NCBI GenBank assembly: GCA_964016885.1
Contig: OZ024747.1
Span: forward strand, 21,824,001-21,888,000
Length of the DNA: 64,000 nt
Direction of reading: 5' to 3'
From: Eledone cirrhosa
Taxonomy: Eukaryota
The position numbers and the translations under genes are program-made. The notes under the pieces were generated by a model that was given only the letters and a program-made list of their open reading frames with translations, was not told where the DNA came from and searched no databases. Shown in pieces: positions 54,677 through 64,000 of the stretch; the stretch's first letter is position 1; each line of letters opens with the position of its first letter.

Positions 54677-55354
54677 TTATATATATATATACATTTATAT
54701 ATATATATATATACATTTATATATATACATTGATATATATATATATATATATACATTTATATATATACATACATTTATATATATATATACATTTATATAT
54801 ATATATACATTTATATATATATATATATATATACATTTATATATATATATATATATATATACATTTATATATATATACATTTATATATATCTATATCTAT
54901 ATATACATACATTTATATATATCTATATCTATATATACATACATTTATATATATCTCTCTATATATATATACATACATTTATATATATCTCTCTATATAT
55001 ATACATTTATATATATATACATTTATATCTATATATATATATATACATACATTTATATATATATATACATTTATATCTATATATCTATACATACATTTAT
55101 ATATATATATATACATTTATATATATATATCTATATATATATATATCTATATATATATATATCTATACATTTATATATATATATCTATATATATATATAT
55201 CTATATATATATATACATCTATATATATATATACATTTATATATATATATACATTTATATATATATATATCTATACATTTATATATATATATCTATATAT
55301 ATATATACATTTATATATATATATACATATATACATTTATATATATATATATAC

Positions 55355-55390
<36 letters not shown>

Positions 55391-55535
55391 TTATATATAT
55401 ATATACACATTTATATATATATATATACATTTATATATATATATATATACATTGATATATATATATACATTGATATATATATATACATTTATATATATAT
55501 AATATATATATATACACGTTTATATATATATATTG
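54565..55535. repeat. Complex (TA)n microsatellite with ACATTT interruptions
   Basis: Direct reading. Confidence 0.95.
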
Positions 55536-55562
55536 ACTTTTTGCTACAATATTTTCTATACC

Positions 55563-55613
<51 letters not shown>

Positions 55614-55639
55614 ATCTTTATCCACTGTTGTATAAAAAG

Positions 55640-55693
<54 letters not shown>

Positions 55694-57469
55694 CCCCCGA
55701 TTGAAACCGGGATAAACATAAATAAATATATATAAATATATATATATACATTAATGCGTGCATGAGTGGTAGAGCAACAGTTGCAAATGAGTATAAATGA
55801 AAAACTGAACGTAGTGAATGTGTAAGGATAATACTTACAGTGGACAAAATAATGTAATCAAAAGTTATAAATTCAGCCGAGATTTTAGTCCAGATGCGGA
55901 GGAAAATACGATGTATTACTCCGAGAAGGGCCACAAGGGAATGCTATTTAATAAAATAATTAGGAAACAAAAACGGAATGGATGGTAGAAAGGACTCGAT
56001 CATTACAATTAAAATATCCAAGCCAGTGATAATTGCATCTGTCACAAATGTAGGAGCTTAATAATAATAAATAATATCAACAGTCACATATGTAGGTTTG
56101 TTATTAGATAACTAGACAGATACGTAGATAGATAGGTAGGTAGGTATATACAAGCTGCTCCCTGCCAACTCATGGAAAACTGCTACTGTTGATCATGGGA
56201 GAAGAAAGACTGCAGCAGCTTTCCCAGTTGTGGATGACAGCTGGTTGATAAAAATGTCTTTGAAGGTAGAGATGACGATAGAAAGTTACATATGAATATA
56301 ATAATATATAAATAATGTTATGTTATATTACATCATATAATGTGTGTGTGTGTGTGTGTGAATATGTACATATGAGTGTTTGTGTGTGTATATGTAGGTG
56401 TTATAATCGGTGGTATGAAGAAAAATTACAGCTGCAAAGCCTGAAGCGACGGCGGCGTCCAGTCAGAGCAGTGCTACTAACTTAGCAGACACCATTCTAA
56501 CGACGTCAGCAGAAGGTCAGTACGCATGCGTACGTCTTGTGCCGAATGATGGTCGTAGTCGTAGTGGTAATAGTTCATGACAGTTTGGTGGGTGATAGAC
56601 AGAGGAGAGGAAAAGAGAGAGGGTGAGAAAGGCCAGGAGGAGGGAGTGAAAGAAAGAGAGGAGGGGTTAGATAGAAAGAAGAGAGAGAGAAAGAGAGGAG
56701 AGGGTAGATAGAAAGAAGAGAGTGGGGAAGATCGGAGAGAGGGGGGAAGAGAGCAGAGGAGAGTTTGAAAAATATGTCCCGAAAGTTAAGCAAATGACTC
56801 CGTAATTTAGAATGCATAAAAAAAAATGAGAAAAATGAGAGAGAGGAAGTTGGCAAAATATAAGAAAGCTAGAATGGACCTCGGTTGGTTTCGACGATGA
56901 GTGTTCCAGCTGCTCGTGAAACTAATGTGTAAGTGGCTGAGCATTCCACAGACATATATACCCTTAATGTAATTCTCAGGGAGAAAGGTCAGTAGCCTTG
57001 CTTGAGTATCGACATGGTCTGTGAAAACACACCCAACCCTTGCTAGCAGGGAAAACAGGCGTTAAATGATAAAGATATGATGAAGATGATGATGATAATT
57101 CAGTTTTAGTGTGCTAAAGTTTACCCTTTGAATTACAGGTAATAATAATAATAATTGTTTCTACTTTAGGCACAAGGCCAGCAAATACCCAGTGCATTAC
57201 TGGTACTTTATTTTATCGATCCCGTAAGGATGAAAGGCAAAGTCAACCTCGGCGGGATTTGAACTCAATAATAATAATAATGAAATTATTGTGTACAGTG
57301 CTCAGGTGCACTACAACTCGTCAAAGGTGCATGTATAGTACATAGAATAATATACAAATGTCAGGGAAGAGAATAGTGTATGAGTCATGATATACATGTG
57401 TGCGTGTGTATGGAGGGGGAATATTAGGTGTAGTGTTGGCGAATCTCAGGAAGCATGGAGGTTTTAAGG

Positions 57470-57850
57470 TACAGTCCATTCGATGGGCTTCCAAACGGTT
57501 TCCTTTCCACTCAATTTCCTTTACAAGGATTTTGGGGGTTGACACATAAATGAGGCTCGGCCTCCAGTTCTGCCAGCCACACCAATGTCGCTGCGGTTCC
57601 ACCGTGGACTCTTTCGGCCTCCACCCGCTTTCCTGTCGCCACAGTGCCGGCCGCATTCCACGCTATGCTGCCCTCAACGAGGTCATTAAGCATGGCTTGG
57701 ACGCTGCAGGCTTCTCTTCTCAGCTCAAGCTGGTGAGGCTGGATCGAGGGGATGGCAAAAGGCCAGATGGCATGACCATCTTCCCGTTCCGCGGTGGCAA
57801 ACCCCTTGTCTGGGATGCCACTTGCACCAACACTTTCTGCAGCCGCAGAA
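57470..57850 (+). mobile_element. CRE-clade non-LTR retrotransposon fragment (zinc knuckle plus restriction-like endonuclease)
   Basis: RLG..CRCG..D.FGLHPLSC..GR..ALN..DGKRPDGMTIFPF..GKPLVWDATC. Confidence 0.8.
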
Positions 57851-58271
57851 GAACTAACTATTATATATAATATATATATGCAAATTAAGTGTGTAACATC
57901 AGTTACAGGTGGTGTGCTGTTTGAAGCGCTTGATGCTGTTATGAGGCTCGTTTTGTTTGGGTTGTATTCCAGTGTTATGGCTGTAGTGTGCAGAATATAA
58001 ATTGATTTAAATGAGTCAAAGTCAGTGTTACAGCATATGTGCAAACTTTATTTGCATATTACAATTATTTCCATATTGATCAGCTCAAGGTATAATCAAG
58101 GTGACATATATAAGACACAGATATGCTCACCTATCTGATTAGATGTCAAAAAAGTCAGGCCCCGTCACCTTGATTTTATCCTGAACTGATCGATATCGAA
58201 ATAATTGTAATATGGAAATAAAGTTTGTACATATGCTGCACCACTGAGTTTGACTCTTTTAAATCTCTCTC

Positions 58272-58363
<92 letters not shown>

Positions 58364-58507
58364 GTAAGAATATTTTCGAAACAGCGAGTTGATTTGAAAT
58401 TATTAGAAATGTTAGCTATCGCCGTATTTTGGCTAAAGAAATTAAAGTAATTATTTAGCTTGATAGTGGGGTTAAGAACCCTAGGAGAAATGGAAAAAGA
58501 TGAGTAT

Positions 58508-58579
58508 TGACGTACATGGGAGTCGAACCCACATCTTTGGTTATCCGAACCACTGTGCTACCATTTACACCAATGCATC
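58508..58579 (-). pseudogene. tRNA-like cloverleaf (pseudo-tRNA or SINE head)
   Basis: 72 nt: D arm GTGT/GCAC, A box TGGTGTAAATGG, T arm GTGGG-TTCGACT-CCCAT; weak acceptor stem and C instead of U at position 33. Confidence 0.55.
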
Positions 58580-58655
58580 ACCCACATCACCCACTATCAG
58601 GCTAAATAATTTCTTTAATTTCTTTAGCCAAAATACATCGATAGCTAACATTTCT

Positions 58656-58705
<50 letters not shown>

Positions 58706-58707
<2 letters not shown>

Positions 58708-59045
58708 TCATCATCATCATCATCATCGTTTAACGTCCATGTTCCACGCTTGCATGGGTTTGGACGGGAGTTTTCCCACTTGAGGCAAGAGTGGTTGTCT
58801 TGCTCGCATAGGACTGTCTGGCGGGTTTTCTACAGCTGGATGCCCTTCCTAACACCAACCACATTTACAGTGTGGGGCTGGGAGGTTTTTACCGTGTTGC
58901 CTACATGGCCACATTACAGCGTGGACTGTGTGTTTTTTTGCCGTGACACCTACACGATCTCATTTGTTTCGGCCTGGATGTTGTGGCACCAACGTAACTT
59001 TACATTGAAAGGGCCGGTGTGGATGGGGTGGGGGTGGTGTGACGG
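58706..59045 (-). mobile_element. Short RTE-tailed non-autonomous retroposon
   Basis: About 340 bp, near-identical to 61320-61660 and 14247-14595; (GAT)n tail shared with the RTE fragments. Confidence 0.8.
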
Positions 59046-59046
59046 A

Positions 59047-59079
<33 letters not shown>

Positions 59080-59165
59080 GTAATATGCAGCCCAGTACAA
59101 CATATGCATTGTTGGGTCATCAGCGACTAATCCAACACCCCCACCAAGCTTGTTTGGTGAGGAAT

Positions 59166-59342
59166 GTAGTTTTGGACACTGTGGGATGAAAAACAAAACC
59201 TGTCAAAAATTTTCTCATTTTTCTATGAATTCAAATATACTCATGCTTCGTCTTGATCAGAGATAACTCCCATCTAACCCTTGCTAGCGTGTGAAAATGG
59301 ACGTTAAACGAAGATGATGATGATATAAGTTCATTTATATGA

Positions 59343-59374
<32 letters not shown>

Positions 59375-60170
59375 ATATGTATATATATACATGTAATTAT
59401 ATATGTGCATTTATATATACATGACTATATATATGTGTGTGTGTATATGTATATGTACATATATATATACATATATATGTTCATATATATACATATACTT
59501 GTATAGTTTTGGACACTGTGGAATGAAAAACAAAACCTGTCAAAAATGTTCTCACTTTTCTATGAATTCAAATATACTCATGCTTCGTCTTGATCAGAGA
59601 TAACTCCCATCTAACCCTTGCTAGCGTGGGAAAATGGACGTTAAACGAAGATGATGATGATATAAGTTCATTTATATATACATGAATATATATATATATA
59701 TATGTGTGTGTATATGTATATATATACATGTAATTATATATGTGCATTTATATATACATGACTATATATATGTGTGTGTGTATATGTATATGTACATATA
59801 TATATACATATATATGTTCATATATATACATATACTTGTATAGTTTTGGACACTGTGGAATGAAAAACAAAACCTGTCAAAAATTTTCTCACTTTTCTAT
59901 GAATTCAAATATACTCATGCTTCGTCTTGATCAGAGATAACTCCCATCTAACCCTTGCTAGCGTGAGAAAATGGACGTTAAACGAAGATGATGATGATAT
60001 AAGTTCATTTATATATACATGAATATATATATATATTATGTGTGTGTGTGTATATGTATATATATACATATAATTATATATGTGCATTTATATATACATG
60101 ACTATATATATGTGTGTGTATATGTATATGTACATATATATATACATATATATATACATATATATACTTT
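59166..60170. repeat. About 337-bp tandem triplication
   Basis: TAGTTTTGGACACTGTGG unit recurs at about 59167, 59503 and 59840; duplicated spurious ORFs 337 bp apart. Confidence 0.93.
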
Positions 60171-60246
60171 CCTGATGGCCTCCAAAAACAACGGTCAATT
60201 TTTAAAGGGGTACGTCAATGTCTATTTATAAAACTGTTATATATTG

Positions 60247-60310
60247 TATTTTGTCTGATGAAGGCATACCAAATGTAACTTGGTATCCTTGAAATATATA
60301 TAATGAAATA
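60247..60310 (+). ncRNA. Minimal type-I hammerhead ribozyme (same family as 54466)
   Basis: UAUUUUGU-CUGAUGA-AGGCAUACCAA...UUGGUAUCCUU-GAAA-UAUAUA-UA^AUGAAAUA; downstream flank nearly identical to 54518-54562. Confidence 0.75.
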
Positions 60311-60788
60311 AATATGGTTTTATAAATATAGTTTCCATTTATTAATATCGTATATATATACATATATATGTTCATATATATACATATACTTGTATATATA
60401 TATATACGTATAAATATATATAAATTCCACAATCAATACTATCTATAGCTTTCTTATCTATTGAGAATATAGACCTTATTCTCTAAAGTTTTGAAACTAA
60501 AATTTCTATTTCTATTTGTAGAGAGAATCACTTTATTATATATCCACAGAAATTCTACAATCTTCAGCACTTTTTGGCTACATTTCTTAGCTTCCCACTA
60601 GAAAACACTGTGGTGCTTTTGTCAGCATTTGCTATAGAATAGATGCTTGCTGCTTTAGCTTTTATCAAGAAAATAGCAAGAACTAAGTCACATATTGTTG
60701 AATTGCAATGTTCAGTTCAGACTATTAAAAATTTTTCCTGTTATTAGGATTGCACAGTTAGAATTTATTATTATTATTATGGATTGGC

Positions 60789-61150
60789 AGTGGATTGGCA
60801 GTATCGGTAGAGAGTCGGACACCATGCTTTGCAGAAAAGAGTTACGGCCATTTATGGTCAAAGTTCAAATCCCGCCGAGGTTAACTTTGCCTTTCATCCT
60901 TACGGGGGTCGATAAAATAAAGTACCAGTAATGCACTGGGTAATTGGTGGCCTTGTGCCAAAAGTAGAAGCAATTATTATGGATTGGCAGTATCGGAAGA
61001 GGGTCGGACGCCATGCTTTCACATATAGAGTTACGGCCCTTGCCATTCTGAGTTGAAATCCTGCCGAGGTTGACTTTGCCTTTCGTCCTTACGGGGTTGA
61101 TAAAATAAAGTACCAGTAATGCACTGGGTAATTGCTGACCTTGTGCCAAA
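60789..61150 (+). mobile_element. Two tandem tRNA-derived SINEs (MetaSINE-like core)
   Basis: GGATTGGCAGTATCGGTAGAG head, GTTCAAATCCC B box, GCCTTTCATCCTTACGGGGTCGATAAAATAAAGTACCAG core, (ATT)n tail; family also at about 4740-4930, 13257-13425, 31850-32040, 32553-32737, 33966-34146, 36248-36383, 40148-40365, 42205-42420, 44654-44836, 45242-45416, 57150-57267. Confidence 0.85.
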
Positions 61151-61303
61151 AGTAGAAACAATTATTATTATTATTTTTTTTTGTATTTTACTGGTTTTGG
61201 TTCAATAGATTGTGACCCCTCTTACAGACATTTAGTCGATCATATCAATCCCAGGCCTTAAGTTTTCAAGTCTCGTATTTATTTTATCTTTCACTTTTTA
61301 TTG

Positions 61304-61335
<32 letters not shown>

Positions 61336-62054
61336 GTTTAACGTCCATGTTCCACGCCTGCATGGGTTTGGACGGGGGTTTTCCCACTTGAGGCAAGAGT
61401 GGTTGTCTTGCTCGCATAGGGTTGTCTGGCGGGTTTTCTACAGCTGGATGCTCTTCCCAACACCAACCACATTTACAGTGTGGGGCTGGGAGGTTTTTAC
61501 CGTGTTGCCTACACGGCCACATTACAGCGTGGAGTGTGTGTTTTTTTGTCGTGACACCTACACGATCTCATTTGTTTCGGCCTGGATGTTGTGGCACCAA
61601 CATAACTTTACATTGAAAGGGGCAGTGTGGATGGGGTGGGGGTGGTGGGACGGGGGTGTATTTTGTTAGAGGTGCCTACTGACTGTAGTAGGTTTTACTT
61701 TGTATTTAGGTAAGGCGGGTCTTCTCTATTACTGAGTACCGCCAAAGGTCTCGGTCCAGTGACATTGTCTTGGAGAGGTGTAAGTGTGTGAGGTCGGAAT
61801 TTATCAGCTCGTGAAATGTTATAATAATAATAATGAAATTATTGTATACAGTGCTCAGGTGCACTACAACTCATCAAAGGTGCATGTATAGTACATAGAA
61901 TAATGTACAAATGTCAGGAAAATGAACAGTGTACGAGTCATGAAATACATGTGTACATGTATATGGAGAGGGGACATCAGGTATAGTATTGGCGAATCTC
62001 GGGAAGCATGGAGTGTTTTAAAGGTTACAAGATATAAATAAGCAATAAACAGAC

Positions 62055-62608
62055 ACACTCACTCACACACACTCACACATACACACACTCACACATACAC
62101 ACACTAACACACATACACTCACACTCACACACATATACATACACTCACTCACTCACACACACTCACACATACACTCTTACACTCACACACTCATACACTC
62201 ACACATACACACACACACTCACACTTACACATACACACACTCACACATACACACACTCTTACACACATACACGCACACACACACACATATATACACACTC
62301 ACTCACTCACACACACAAACTCACACACACACTCACATATACACACTCACACACACACTCACATACACACACCCACACTCACTGACACACACTCACACAC
62401 TCACACACTCACACATACACTCTTACACTCACACACTCATACACTCACACACACATTCACACACACACTCATTCACACACACTCACACTCACACTCACAC
62501 ATACACACACACACTTACACACATACACTCGCACACACACACATATACACACACTCACTCACACACACACACACTCTCTCTCACACACACATACACACAC
62601 ATACACAC
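62055..62608. repeat. Complex (CA)n/CACT microsatellite
   Basis: Direct reading. Confidence 0.95.
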
Positions 62609-62689
62609 CATTTGCTCTGCTAAGGCCTTGCAAGCTCCACTATTTTGTCTTTTTATCTGCACCCTACTCCCCTCGTTAACCTTGACTTA

Positions 62690-63563
62690 TCATCATCATC
62701 ATCACCGTTTTACGTCCGTTCTTCCACGCTAGCATGGGTTAGACGGGTTGTCCTGTTGTGGGCAGTGTCTGGTCGGCTGACCATGCCTTGTCATACAGGA
62801 ACTGATTTGGCTTGATTTCTACAGCTGGATGCCCTTCCTAACACCAACCTCATTTACAGTGAGTGCTGGGTGCTTTTTCGTGGCACCTACATGTCCACTT
62901 TACAGTGTGGGCTGGGTGCTTTTTTGCCGTGGCACCTCCACGACCACCTTGCAGTGGGGGGTGTGGGGGCATATTGTCTATATGCTTCAGCTTGTACCCA
63001 TGGGAGGTCGGGTACTCTGTATTACTGCATGACGCCAGAGGTCACGGTTGTGTGCCTTTGAGAGGTGTAATTGGGTAAAGTCGGCTTTTATCACCTCATC
63101 CCAGGTCATCTCGGATCTCCCCACTCCGCGGTTTCCATCGACTTCTAGTGCTCTGCATCTTTTTATGCAGCTGTCATCCTTCATACGCATCACACGTCCA
63201 TACCAGCGCAACCGTCTCTCCTGCACACAGCATTTGATTCCTCTTATGCTCAGTCTCTCTCTCAATTCATTTATGCTTTGTCGTTCACGTATATTACTGT
63301 TACACATCCATCGGAGCATGCAGGCTTCGTTTCTCTCTAATCTACGTAAGTCTTCCACCTTCAGCGCCCAGGTCTCACTACCATGCAACATCGCTGTTCG
63401 GATACACGCATCATACAGTCTGCCTTTCATTCTGAGGGAGAAGCCTTTTGCAGCTAGTAGTGGTAGTAGTTCCCTAAACTTCTTCCATCCCGTTCTTACC
63501 CTAGTTATTGTACTTTCTGAACACCCACCTCCGCTGCTAATTCGGTCACCTAGGTAGCAGAAG

Positions 63564-63565
<2 letters not shown>
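62690..63565 (-). mobile_element. RTE-clade LINE 3' portion
   Basis: KGRLYDACIRTAMLHGSETW...RRLRWYGRVMR; ends in the CCCATGCTAGC...(GAT)n tail on the minus strand. Confidence 0.9.
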
Positions 63566-63621
<56 letters not shown>

Positions 63622-63629
63622 TTTGGATA

Positions 63630-63675
<46 letters not shown>

Positions 63676-64000
63676 TCATCTAATGTAAACTATGAAGCTC
63701 ATTGAGTTGTGTGTTCTATCATGTTTAAGTTTAATAAACTATATATGTAATATATCATGTAAAGGTGTGTGGCTCAGTGGTTAGGGTGTTTGGTTCATGA
63801 TTATATGGTTGTGAGTGTGATTCCCAGACTGGGAAATGTGTTGTGTCTTTGAGCAAGACACTTTATTTTACATTGTTGGCAAAAATAAGTTCATCATCAT
63901 CATCGATTAACGTCTCTCTTATACGCTAGCATGGATTAGCTGGGTTTATCCCATTTAGAGGCAAGTTGGGTCGGGTGACCATGTCTCACTCATATAGGAG

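Noticed and set aside
54414-55934. Long YI-rich ORFs up to 296 aa
   Set aside because: Translations of (TA)n microsatellite
56150-56520. Possible plus-strand coding exons
   Set aside because: Weak acceptors and no recognisable protein similarity
59085-59130. CTGATGA plus hairpin on the minus strand as a hammerhead
   Set aside because: No GAAA after the hairpin; same problem at about 45045-45070

Overview
AT-rich, repeat-dense eukaryotic (animal) genomic DNA; the SINE/RTE/microsatellite make-up suggests a cephalopod such as octopus (inference). Two intact multi-exon genes lie tail-to-tail: eIF2-alpha (EIF2S1, + strand, 7 coding exons, 14715-26338, 317 aa) and LMBRD2 (- strand, 12 coding exons, 43990-28985, 714 aa); all exon boundaries were read as GT-AG with consistent phase. 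The rest is mobile-element debris: two non-autonomous hAT (Charlie/Buster-type) copies with TIRs, 8-bp TSDs and an internal 40-bp minisatellite, hAT, piggyBac and mariner MITEs, decayed RTE, CR1, CRE and Gypsy fragments, many tRNA-derived SINEs and long microsatellites. The most unusual signal is a set of at least five apparently intact minimal type-I hammerhead ribozymes (CUGAUGA...GAAA core, palindromic stem III, AUA cleavage triplet), all near (TA)n tracts. Three sit in fold-back inverted repeats, and one is in sense orientation inside an LMBRD2 intron. Most ORFs in the supplied track are microsatellite or repeat artefacts.
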